Below, piece by piece: positions 26,318 to 35,081 of a DNA stretch of 64,000 nt. Position numbers and translations under genes: made by a program. How positions within the stretch are numbered: position 1 is the first letter of the stretch; each line of letters opens with the position of its first letter. Below the pieces are notes generated by a model, which saw only the letters and a program-made list of their open reading frames with translations, ran no database searches and had not been told where the DNA came from. Source of the stretch: Cloacimonetes bacterium SCGC AAA252-N17 (GTDB lineage Bacteria; Cloacimonadota; Cloacimonadia; JGIOTU-2); contig ASNI01000003.1 in NCBI GenBank assembly GCA_000404785.1, forward strand, positions 7,731 through 71,730, given 5' to 3'.

Positions 26318-26344
26318 TGAAATATAAAAGAAATATAAAAGAAA
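26318..26344. repeat. 11-bp tandem repeat (about 2.5 copies) upstream of pepC
   Basis: GAAATATAAAA at 26318-26328 and 26329-26339, then GAAAT. Confidence 0.6.
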
Positions 26345-26373
26345 TTTTTTAGGAAATTTTGAAGGAGCTAAAA

Positions 26374-27717
26374 ATGTTAAACAAAAGAATGATCATAGAT
26401 AATGATCTTTACAATGAAATGGAAGAAAAAGCCATAAAAAGAAAGAACGATAACGTTATCAGGAACAGTATTCTGAATGTGGGACTTGATGAAGTTGCCT
26501 TGAATCATCAATCTAAGTCAGATATGCAGCACACATTTTCTTTGGAATTAAAAACCGGCAAGATCACAGCTCAGAATAAGAGCGGTAGATGTTGGCTTTT
26601 TGCCGGATTGAATACAATGAGATTCAAAATTATGAAAGAACTAAACCTTAAGAATTTTGAACTTTCCCAAACTTATCAAATGTTCTTCGATAAAATAGAA
26701 AAAGCAAATTACTTTCTGGAAAATATTCTCGAAACCTTAGACGAAAAAACAGATTCCAGAATTATAATGTGGCTTCTTAATGCACCGCTGAATGATGGCG
26801 GACAGTGGGATATGTTCACCAGTATTGTCGAAAAATACGGCGTGGTTCCCAAAGCTGTTATGCCAGAATCCTTTCATAGCAGTAATTCTGCCAGAATGAA
26901 CCAAATTCTAACATTAAAACTGAGGGGATATGCTTCTACATTACGAAAGGATCATCAAACCGGCAAAACATTAGAAAAATTGAAAAATGATAAGAAGAAA
27001 ATGATCCTTGAGTTTTACCGGTTATTAACGATGTTTCTGGGTATCCCACCCAAAAAAATTACCTTTGAATTTACCGACAAAGATAAAAAATTCCATCGTG
27101 ATTTAGAAATTACACCAAAAGAATTTTATGCCAAATATGTTAATCTGAATATGAAAGATTATATTAGCATTATTAACGCTCCTACTCAAGATAAACCATT
27201 TAATAAAACTTTCACAGTTCAATACTTGGGTAATGTGGAAGGTGGGAATAATGTGAAATATCTCAATGTCGATATAGAAACTTTCAAAAAGCTTGCATTA
27301 AAACAACTAAAAGAAGGAGTTCCTGTCTGGTTTGGCAGCGATGTCGGAAAGAAAATGCAGAGGAAAAAAGGAATTTTGGCTGAAAATATCTATGATTATG
27401 AAAACGTACTTCAATCAAAATTCGAACTTGATAAAGCCGGCAGATTGGATTATGGAGAAAGTTTGATGACTCACGCAATGGTATTTACCGGTGTCAATCT
27501 GATCAACAATGTTCCGAATAGATGGAAAGTGGAAAACAGTTGGGGCGAAAAAAACGGAGAAAAAGGCTATTTTGTGATGAGTGATAAATGGTTTGAAGAA
27601 TACACGTATCAGGTTGTGATAAATAAAAAATATCTTTCTGAAGAATTAAAAAACGCCTGGAAATTAGAACCGATTATTTTAAAACCATGGGACCCAATGG
27701 GTTCTTTAGCCTTATAA
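26374..27717 (+). CDS. pepC: Aminopeptidase C / bleomycin hydrolase (peptidase C1B)
   Basis: QNKSGRCWLFAGLN catalytic Cys motif, HAMVFTGV His motif and WKVENSWG. The ATG at 26374 is preceded by GAAGGAG. Confidence 0.88.
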   Translation: MLNKRMIIDNDLYNEMEEKAIKRKNDNVIRNSILNVGLDEVALNHQSKSDMQHTFSLELKTGKITAQNKSGRCWLFAGLNTMRFKIMKELNLKNFELSQTYQMFFDKIEKANYFLENILETLDEKTDSRIIMWLLNAPLNDGGQWDMFTSIVEKYGVVPKAVMPESFHSSNSARMNQILTLKLRGYASTLRKDHQTGKTLEKLKNDKKKMILEFYRLLTMFLGIPPKKITFEFTDKDKKFHRDLEITPKEFYAKYVNLNMKDYISIINAPTQDKPFNKTFTVQYLGNVEGGNNVKYLNVDIETFKKLALKQLKEGVPVWFGSDVGKKMQRKKGILAENIYDYENVLQSKFELDKAGRLDYGESLMTHAMVFTGVNLINNVPNRWKVENSWGEKNGEKGYFVMSDKWFEEYTYQVVINKKYLSEELKNAWKLEPIILKPWDPMGSLAL

Positions 27718-27733
27718 AAAGGAGTAATAAAAT

Positions 27734-28027
27734 ATGGATTTTGAAAAAAAAGTAAAAGAAACTATTGAAAGCGTACAACATCCCGCTATTAATCACAGTT
27801 TATATGATCTTGGCATTATCAAATCTTATGAGATCAATAAGGATAATGTGAAAATTGTGATGGCTTTGCCCGCTTTGAATATTCCGATTTTTGATATGCT
27901 TATCCAAAGTGTGAAACAGCCGTTGGAAGCCATAAACTCTCAAGTGAATTTTGAAAAAGTGATGATGACACAGGAAGAAATGCAGAAATTTTTAGCAATG
28001 GAAAAAAGTGCTTGGAAAGGAATGTAG
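27734..28027 (+). CDS. DUF59 / MIP18-family Fe-S assembly protein (SufT-like)
   Basis: 97 aa. VQHPAINHSLYDLGIIKSYEI...VKIVMALP is the DUF59 pattern. Confidence 0.75.
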   Translation: MDFEKKVKETIESVQHPAINHSLYDLGIIKSYEINKDNVKIVMALPALNIPIFDMLIQSVKQPLEAINSQVNFEKVMMTQEEMQKFLAMEKSAWKGM

Positions 28028-28058
28028 CAAATATCTTTAAAAGTAAATTCAATAATAG

Positions 28059-29291
28059 GTGGAAATGACTAGTATCTTAACAAAAAAAATATCGAAAATT
28101 AATTTTAGAGCCTTAATCTGGCATGGAATTTTTCTTTCGCTTGCTTCCAATTTTATGGATGTCCATACTATCATTCCATCAATGCTGATAAAAGCCGGGG
28201 GAAACGCCGTTATGTTGGGCTTTCTCACTGCAATTATGGTGGGAGGGTCCGGTTTAATGCAAATTATTTTTGCCGGATTTTTATCAAACAAGACACATAA
28301 GAAAAAATATCTTCTGTTGGGAATTAATTTCAGAATTATTACTTTATTGTTATTAGCTTTTATTCTTTTCAGATCTGACTTCATTAGTAATCAAATGCTT
28401 ATTTTTTCTATTTTTATATTAATTTCAGTCTTTTCTTTCAGCGGTTCTTTTGCAAATATCTCTTATGTCGATATTATGGGGAAATCCATTGTACATCAAA
28501 AACGCAAAAGATTTTTCTCAATAAAACAGGTAATAAGCAGTATTGGGATTTTTGTTTCTGCCATAATTGTACGTGCTATCCTCAAGCATCTTTCCTATCC
28601 GAACAATTACGGTACATTGCTTTTGCTTGCTGGAATATTGTTATTCTTAGCTTCTTTCGGTTTCTGGAAAATAAAAGAAATCAGTGTTGAATTCATAAAT
28701 AAGCAGAGTTTTTGGAAATTTTTTAAAATGATCCCACAGGAAATTTCACAAAATTCTAATCTGAAAAATTACCTATTTATCATTAACTTTCTGGGGCTTG
28801 CTTTCAGCTTCATCCCCTTTATGATCTTATTTGCTAAAAGAAATTTCGAGCTGAGTTATAGCTTTATTGGAAATATTCTTCTTTTAAAGATAATCGGGAT
28901 GTTGATAACCAGTTTAATTCTTTATAAGCGATCAGAAAAATTTGAATATAAAAAGTTATTGTATTTCAGTTTTGTTTTAGGATCAATTATTCCACTTCTC
29001 AGCTTGTCCTTTGGTAATAACCAGCTAATCTATCAGTTGCTTTTTGTTCTTACCGGAATTTTTATCACTACTTTCAATATTTCCAGAAATGGTATTTTAG
29101 TGGAGATTTCCAGCAATGAAAACCGAGCAACATATACCGGAATTTCCGGCGCAGGAAATATCCTGTCCACCTTTTTCCCGCTTGTTGCCGGAATATTAAT
29201 ATCTCTTCTGGGATATTATATCACATTCAGTATAGTTTCATTAATCGTTGCTTCAAGTTTTGTCTTCATAAAAAAAATAAATTGCAGATGA
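28059..29291 (+). CDS. MFS transporter
   Basis: 410 aa with about 12 predicted hydrophobic helices and MFS-like loop motifs. Confidence 0.75.
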   Translation: MEMTSILTKKISKINFRALIWHGIFLSLASNFMDVHTIIPSMLIKAGGNAVMLGFLTAIMVGGSGLMQIIFAGFLSNKTHKKKYLLLGINFRIITLLLLAFILFRSDFISNQMLIFSIFILISVFSFSGSFANISYVDIMGKSIVHQKRKRFFSIKQVISSIGIFVSAIIVRAILKHLSYPNNYGTLLLLAGILLFLASFGFWKIKEISVEFINKQSFWKFFKMIPQEISQNSNLKNYLFIINFLGLAFSFIPFMILFAKRNFELSYSFIGNILLLKIIGMLITSLILYKRSEKFEYKKLLYFSFVLGSIIPLLSLSFGNNQLIYQLLFVLTGIFITTFNISRNGILVEISSNENRATYTGISGAGNILSTFFPLVAGILISLLGYYITFSIVSLIVASSFVFIKKINCR

Positions 29292-29962
29292 GCTGGAAAA
29301 ACATGGAAAAATTATATCCTAAATCCAAAGTGGAAATCCAAGGTTTTACTGCAAAATTTTATGATAATATGTTGAATATAGTTACATTGGGCGGTTATAA
29401 TTTTTTTATTAAAAAAGCCATTCATACAATGAATATAAACCAAGACGATAAAATCCTCGACTTCGGTGCCGGAACAGGAAGAAATGCGCTTTTGATGAAT
29501 AAATACCTTTCCAAAAAAGGTGAAATTCTGGGGCTGGAAATCTCCGACTTGATGATCTCCCAATTCAAAAAAAAAACCAAGAAATTTGAAAACATCAATG
29601 TGATAAATCGGCGAATTGATCAACTTTTTGACTTGGAAAAGAAATATGACAAAGTCTTTATTTCTTTCGTTTTCCATGGTTTTCCCTTTGAAATTCAAAA
29701 AAATATCATCCAAAATGCCTTCAATGCCTTGAAAGAAGGTGGCGAATTTATTATTCTTGATTTTAATGAATTTGTTACTGATGAAACACCACTCTATTTT
29801 AGAATTCCTTTCAAAATAATTGAATGCAAATATGCATTTGAATATGTAGAAAGAGATTGGAAACAGATCCTAACGGAATTTGGATTCAGCGATTTCCAAG
29901 AAAAATTATTCCTTAAAAAACATCTTCGATTATTAAATGCCAAAAGGGGGAGCAATCAATGA
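29288..29962 (+). CDS. Class I SAM-dependent methyltransferase
   Basis: ILDFGAGTGRN motif I and FISFVFHG. The ATG overlaps the stop of the MFS gene (ATGA). Confidence 0.8.
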   Translation: MSWKNMEKLYPKSKVEIQGFTAKFYDNMLNIVTLGGYNFFIKKAIHTMNINQDDKILDFGAGTGRNALLMNKYLSKKGEILGLEISDLMISQFKKKTKKFENINVINRRIDQLFDLEKKYDKVFISFVFHGFPFEIQKNIIQNAFNALKEGGEFIILDFNEFVTDETPLYFRIPFKIIECKYAFEYVERDWKQILTEFGFSDFQEKLFLKKHLRLLNAKRGSNQ

Positions 29963-30369
29963 AACTATTGATGATTTATACTGATAAATTTGCATATAAA
30001 ACCAATATTAAAAATTTGGAATCTGTGGAGAAATACGAAGAAAATAAGCAGATAAAAAATGCACTAGTCGGCTTTATTCAGGTAGAGCAAAAAGACGAAG
30101 AAGATATTGCCAAAGCGGAAACCAAAATGATTAAAAACCTGAAATGGGCTGCAAAGAAAAACGAAACAAACCATATTGTCTTACACTCTTTTGCGCATTT
30201 ATCTATGAGCAAAGCAGATGAAGTGACAACCAAAGAGATGTTTAATCGGGCAGAAAACAGATTGAAAGATTCAGGATATGAAGTTTCGCAAACTCCGTTC
30301 GGTTATTTTCTTGATTTGGATATTCAGGCTCCAGGAAGATCGTTAGCAAGAATTTTTAAGGAATTCTAA
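29959..30369 (+). CDS. Free-standing archaeal-type threonyl-tRNA synthetase editing domain (tRNA-Thr-ED, DTD-like fold)
   Basis: MKLLMIYTDKFAYKT..., ALVGFIQVEQKDE, IVLHSFAHLS and TPFGYFLDLDIQAPGRSLARI are collinear with the N-terminal editing domain of archaeal ThrRS as I recall it (LLIHSDYIEYE / VAFISVEK / VYPFAHLS / APFGYYKAF). Confidence 0.75.
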   Translation: MKLLMIYTDKFAYKTNIKNLESVEKYEENKQIKNALVGFIQVEQKDEEDIAKAETKMIKNLKWAAKKNETNHIVLHSFAHLSMSKADEVTTKEMFNRAENRLKDSGYEVSQTPFGYFLDLDIQAPGRSLARIFKEF

Positions 30370-31104
30370 ATGATAGAAGAAGCTGCCAAACTAATCAAGA
30401 ATGCAAAACACGTTACCGCTTTTACGGGAGCAGGCATTTCGGTAGAAAGCGGAATCCCTCCTTTTCGGGGTGAAAATGGCTTGTGGAGTAAATTCGATCC
30501 CTTATTTTTGGATATTAATTATTTTCGGCAAAATCCTCTCAAATCATGGAAACTGATCAAAGAAATCTTTTATGATTTCTTTGGAAAAGCAGAACCTAAC
30601 TCAGCCCACACTGCTCTCGCCGAAATGGAGAAATCTGGTTATTTGAATTCTGTTATTACACAAAACATTGATAATCTTCATCAAACAGCAGGAAGTAAAA
30701 ACGTATTTGAATTTCACGGGACTTCTAAAAATTTAATCTGCACAAATTGCGACAAAATCTATGCTGCAAAAAACATTGACCTATCTCATTTACCACCAAA
30801 ATGTATAGATTGCGGAACTATTCTCAAACCGGATTTTGTCTTTTTCGGAGAACCGATTTCCGAGCCGGCAAGAATTAATTCTTTTGCGGAAGCAGAAAGA
30901 GCGGACGTTTTCATACTCGTCGGTACAACAGGTGAAATTATGCCTGCATCCATAATCCCGATTGAGGCAAAACGGAATGGTGTGAAAATCATCGAGGTGA
31001 ACATTAAACCATCAAATTATACAAATACGATTACAGATGTTTTCTTGAAAGGGAAAGCAACAAAAATAATGCAAAAATTACTCAATTTTATAAAAGAAAA
31101 ATAA
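30370..31104 (+). CDS. cobB: NAD-dependent protein deacylase, Sir2 family
   Basis: GAGISVESGIPPFRG, TQNIDNLH, FHG and the Zn-binding pairs CTNC...CIDCG. Confidence 0.88.
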   Translation: MIEEAAKLIKNAKHVTAFTGAGISVESGIPPFRGENGLWSKFDPLFLDINYFRQNPLKSWKLIKEIFYDFFGKAEPNSAHTALAEMEKSGYLNSVITQNIDNLHQTAGSKNVFEFHGTSKNLICTNCDKIYAAKNIDLSHLPPKCIDCGTILKPDFVFFGEPISEPARINSFAEAERADVFILVGTTGEIMPASIIPIEAKRNGVKIIEVNIKPSNYTNTITDVFLKGKATKIMQKLLNFIKEK

Positions 31105-31116
31105 TTATACACGAAT

Positions 31117-31671
31117 ATGTTTACACGAGAAGAACTTCAAGTATGCACCCGATGTTCACTTTATAAGACCCGAACTCATGCACTTGTAGGGGAAGGAAAC
31201 ATACATGCTGATGTGATGCTGATCGCTCAAGCTCCAGGAGAATTGGAAGATAAAGAAAACAGGATGTTCATTGGACCTTCCGGTACTATTCTTCATACAC
31301 TCCTGAAGAATGCGAATATTTGTGAAGATGAACTATATATGACCAATCTTATTAAATGCACACTCCCCAAAAACAGACGACCAAAGCAAAAGGAGATCGA
31401 AGCATGCTCTTTTTATCTGGATATGGAAATTGATGAGGTGCAACCATGGCTTCTTGCTCCCCTTGGTTACTACGCAACTAAATATCTGTTCTCCCGATTC
31501 GCTCTCAAAACTATATCGAGAAAGGAATTTCCTCAACTGATCGGCAACAGTGTAAGGACGAATGGTTACCATATACTTCCTCTTTCGCATCCTGTATCTT
31601 TACTGTATAATAAAGAATATTTTTCTCAATCTCTTGCCAATTTTCATAAGCTGAAAGAATTTATGAGTTAA
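31117..31671 (+). CDS. Uracil-DNA glycosylase, family 4
   Basis: C..C.LY..R...V.GEG, VMLIAQAPGELED and the HPS-type motif (LSHPVSLLY). Confidence 0.85.
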   Translation: MFTREELQVCTRCSLYKTRTHALVGEGNIHADVMLIAQAPGELEDKENRMFIGPSGTILHTLLKNANICEDELYMTNLIKCTLPKNRRPKQKEIEACSFYLDMEIDEVQPWLLAPLGYYATKYLFSRFALKTISRKEFPQLIGNSVRTNGYHILPLSHPVSLLYNKEYFSQSLANFHKLKEFMS

Positions 31672-31883
31672 TGAATAAACATCCCAAAAATCATGAATGC
31701 AAATGGTACCCTGTGTGTCCTATGAAATACTACTATGAAGCCGGCAAACTGGCTGAGAAATGGATTTTGAATTACTGCAAAGGTGATTGGTCAAAATGTG
31801 TGCGCTATGAAATGGAAGAAACCGAACAATATCATCCCGACAACATGCTCCCCGATGGATCGATTGTAAGTGATTTGTTATAG
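31671..31883 (+). CDS. Small Cys-rich protein translationally coupled to UDG
   Basis: 70 aa, HECKWYPVCPMKYYYEAGKL...NYCKGDWSKCVRYEMEE...HPDNMLPDG. The ATG shares one base with the UDG stop (TAATG). Confidence 0.65.
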   Translation: MNKHPKNHECKWYPVCPMKYYYEAGKLAEKWILNYCKGDWSKCVRYEMEETEQYHPDNMLPDGSIVSDLL

Positions 31884-31977
31884 CTGGGATAAATAAATAT
31901 GTTTAACCACCAGTCTACGTTTCACTACGCCTTGGCAGGCAGAGGACACAGAGAATATCTTAAGAATATTTTTGAGT

Positions 31978-31999
31978 TGTCATGGACCATTCCATGACA
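31978..31999. promoter_or_regulatory. Perfect 9-bp-stem palindrome upstream of the DUF89 gene
   Basis: TGTCATGGA-ccat-TCCATGACA, 25 nt upstream of the ATG at 32024. It has no T-run and could be an operator or an RNA hairpin. Confidence 0.4.
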
Positions 32000-32023
32000 G
32001 AAATACACTGCGAAAGGAACTGA

Positions 32024-32869
32024 ATGAAAACCTATTTTGAATGCTTTCCCTGTTTCGTCAAACAAGCGCTTCGTGCTGCGAGATTATTCACAGATGACCC
32101 GAAAGTAATAAAATCCATCATAGATGAAGTCGGAATGCTCTTTCAAGAAATTTCTTTGGATAAAACTCCTCCAGAAATTGGAGAGTTCATTTACGGTAAA
32201 ATCAGGGAAATTTCCGGCGTAGAAGACCCTTACGAAAACCTTAAAAACCAAAACACGGATGAAGCATTGCAGCTTGTTCCTTTTTGTGAAAATCTTATCT
32301 CAGAAAGTACTGATCCCCTTTTTACAGCTATCAAAATGGCAATTGCCGGAAATGTCATTGATCTTGCGATCCATCAAAATATTGATATCCCCTCGGAAAT
32401 TAAAACGATCATTCATAAAGAATTTGCTATAAACGATTATGAACTATTCAAAAGTCGGTTGGAGCAATCTAAAACAATTCTCTATATAGGAGATAATGCA
32501 GGCGAATCAGTGTTTGACAGATTGTTGATCGAGCAGTTTGCTCATAAAAAAGTGATTTATGCAGTTCGTGGAACTCCTGTTATTAATGATGTGGTTGAAA
32601 AGGATGCAAAACGGGCAGGTATCGATAAAGTAGCTGAAATCGTGTCCTCCGGTTCAGCAGTTCCTGGCACAATACTCTCAAAATGCAGCGGAGAATTCAA
32701 AAGGCTTTTCATGAATGCTGATATGATCATAAGCAAAGGGCAGGGAAATTATGAAGGTATATCTGAAGAAAGTAGAGAGATCTTTTTCCTCCTCAAAGTA
32801 AAATGTGAAGTACTGGCGAGGGATATTGGTTTTCCTATTAATTCGCTTGTTTTGATGAGATTAAGCTAA
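32024..32869 (+). CDS. DUF89 / ARMT1-like damage-control phosphatase
   Basis: MKTYFECFPCFVKQALRAARL N-terminus, DNAGE (YIGDNAGESVFD) and KGQGNYE motifs. Confidence 0.85.
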   Translation: MKTYFECFPCFVKQALRAARLFTDDPKVIKSIIDEVGMLFQEISLDKTPPEIGEFIYGKIREISGVEDPYENLKNQNTDEALQLVPFCENLISESTDPLFTAIKMAIAGNVIDLAIHQNIDIPSEIKTIIHKEFAINDYELFKSRLEQSKTILYIGDNAGESVFDRLLIEQFAHKKVIYAVRGTPVINDVVEKDAKRAGIDKVAEIVSSGSAVPGTILSKCSGEFKRLFMNADMIISKGQGNYEGISEESREIFFLLKVKCEVLARDIGFPINSLVLMRLS

Positions 32870-33054
32870 AGTATTTTCATCCATGTTGCAAAAGTATACT
32901 TAACAGATTATCAACCACGAAATACACGAAAAAACACGAAACAATATTAATGTAGAACCAAAACAAATAAAGATTGTCATCCTGAGCTTGTCTAAGAGTC
33001 TATTTATTATGCTCATACACCGTCGGGATAAACCCGTCTCTACCCTATCTCTCG

Positions 33055-33157
33055 TTGCGAAAGCTTTAGGACGTTAAATGCTTGCCCTGTGTAATCCACG
33101 AAGTGGTGCAAAGCAATTACACAGGGCGGGCAAATTTAACTGTTCCCTTTTTCGCAA
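33055..33157. repeat. About 100-nt extended imperfect hairpin (candidate structured RNA or MITE-like element)
   Basis: Perfect 12-bp core GCCCTGTGTAAT (33084-33095) / ATTACACAGGGC (33116-33127) with a 20-nt loop holding a CCAC-gaa-GTGG mini-stem. The outer arms TTGCGAAAG (33055-33063) / CTTTTTCGCAA (33147-33157) and TTAAAT flanks also pair. Confidence 0.55.
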
Positions 33158-33258
33158 TGCTTTGGATGTTCAAACATTCAATAAAAAAAATGACGTCATC
33201 CCCGATCGTGCCTGGGTATCCGCATGCAAAAAAGGCGGACGTTTTCGCTCCACTCAAA

Positions 33259-33501
33259 TTATAAGTGTTTGATTGTAAATGCTCTCCCTGAATGGCTTTT
33301 CAAGTATCTCTCAAATGAGTGGGCTTTTTCTTTATTATCAAACGCTATATATGTCTTGATTTTCCAAGGTTTGTATTTCGTTGTGTGTTTTACTTCCCCA
33401 TTGTTATGCTTTTCTAATCGAAATTTCAAATCTGAAGTATAACCAGTATAGTAATTATCTGGGAAATTGATACTTTTCAGAATATATACATAGTACATCA
33501 T
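33259..33501 (-). CDS. GIY-YIG nuclease family protein (small, URI domain only)
   Basis: MMYYVYILKS...YYTGYTSDLKFRLEKHN. AGGAG lies 6 nt upstream of the ATG at 33501. Confidence 0.85.
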   Translation of the reverse strand: MMYYVYILKSINFPDNYYTGYTSDLKFRLEKHNNGEVKHTTKYKPWKIKTYIAFDNKEKAHSFERYLKSHSGRAFTIKHL

Positions 33502-33629
33502 AATACTCCTGTTGGCTTGCCGATGCGAAGTTTTGAGCAAAATAAAAATCGTCGATCAGCACGGCTTCATTCGCCGCTGGCGATTACGCCGCTGCAGTCT
33601 TCATTTTTCGCTTCGCTCAAAACGAAGAC

Positions 33630-33981
<352 letters not shown>

Positions 33982-34016
33982 TATGTATTTTTCAAAAAGC
34001 GATTTAAACAACTTAT

Positions 34017-34044
34017 AATTTAGCACCACAAAATCGGCTGTCAA
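34017..34044 (-). promoter_or_regulatory. Candidate promoter of ssrA
   Basis: On the minus strand: TTGACA (34039-34044), 16-nt spacer, TAAATT (34017-34022), about 36 nt upstream of the mature 5' end. Confidence 0.35.
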
Positions 34045-34053
34045 GTTTGGATG

Positions 34054-34090
34054 TAAAGAAAAACGGCTTCATGGATATCCACAAAGCCGT
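34054..34090 (-). terminator. Rho-independent terminator after the PorV-like gene
   Basis: On the minus strand: ACGGCTT-14nt-AAGCCGT (34063-34090), followed by TTTTCTTT. Confidence 0.65.
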
Positions 34091-34110
34091 AAGTATAGTT
34101 TTTTCTATGA

Positions 34111-35067
34111 TTAGAAGCCTAGATCAATGGCAAGTTTATGAGTTGCACCTTCATCAAGAAAATCAGGTATATAGGCATAGTCAAAGCGGAAATCGCTTAA
34201 TACGATCGAAGCGCCCATTGTGAAATCTTCTCCATCAAGACCGGCACGTACAGCAAATAAGTTTGCAAGCCAGCCCTCTACGCCGAGGTGTAATTTGAAA
34301 TCATTTTTCTGATCGCCTTCACGTCCAAGAGACTGAGAAATTTCCGCAGTACCGATCAAATCAAATGAGGTGAGCTGAAGGTCTGTTGATGCGCCAAGAC
34401 GAAGCATGGGAAGTATTGTATCTTCATGGTCAGAATCAGTGTCCCATTTCATCTTTCCACCAAAGTTTAGCAAGCTTGCGCCTGCGCGGATCTGTTTTAT
34501 CAGTCCGCTGGAAACAGGTGAGATGATCATTGCGCCAAGATCGAATGCGAAACTTGATGCCTTGTTGTCATCGATGGATTGCATAATATACTTGGCTCCT
34601 GCACCAAAGCTGAGCAAAGGTATGATCTTGCCACCTGCAGAAATACCCAGAACCATATCATTGGAGCTAAATGTAACTCCGCTTGGACCCTGACCGGGCA
34701 GGCATTCAATAATATCGCTCACTCCAATACTATTGAAGGTGACCGCCATAGCTGCATCACGCTTGCTGCCTACAATGATCGATGCCTGATAGTTCATTCT
34801 ATCTAAGCTCATAATATTGTACATAGCACCCAAGCGTGTGCCTTTTATTTGGCAGAGACCAGCGGGATTGAAGAAGGGAGCTGAGCCGTCATCTGCAATA
34901 GCAGTAAATGCATTTCCCAGACCGGCAGGACGAGCACCAACAGGAATTCTCAGGAAAGCACCTCCCTGTCCGCCTGCAATATCTTCTTCTGCAAACGCAA
35001 AGGAGGTGAATAATCCAAGTATTGCCACGAAAGAAAGTACTGTCTTGATAATTTTATATGTTTTCAT
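34111..35067 (-). CDS. porV: PorV/PorQ-family outer-membrane beta-barrel (T9SS-associated)
   Basis: Signal peptide, then GGAFLRIPVGARPAGLGNAFTAIADDGSAPFFNPAGL, the characteristic PorV N-terminal motif. The protein ends with an aromatic residue (F). Confidence 0.75.
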   Translation of the reverse strand: MKTYKIIKTVLSFVAILGLFTSFAFAEEDIAGGQGGAFLRIPVGARPAGLGNAFTAIADDGSAPFFNPAGLCQIKGTRLGAMYNIMSLDRMNYQASIIVGSKRDAAMAVTFNSIGVSDIIECLPGQGPSGVTFSSNDMVLGISAGGKIIPLLSFGAGAKYIMQSIDDNKASSFAFDLGAMIISPVSSGLIKQIRAGASLLNFGGKMKWDTDSDHEDTILPMLRLGASTDLQLTSFDLIGTAEISQSLGREGDQKNDFKLHLGVEGWLANLFAVRAGLDGEDFTMGASIVLSDFRFDYAYIPDFLDEGATHKLAIDLGF

Positions 35068-35081
35068 TGTTATCTCCTTTC

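Noticed and set aside
30370-31104. A Sir2-domain protein acting as an anti-phage defence effector (Thoeris/DSR-like).
   Set aside because: It is a compact 244-aa canonical sirtuin with the Zn-binding CxxC…CxxC module and catalytic His. It has no fused sensor domain and no partner gene. The neighbours are housekeeping genes.
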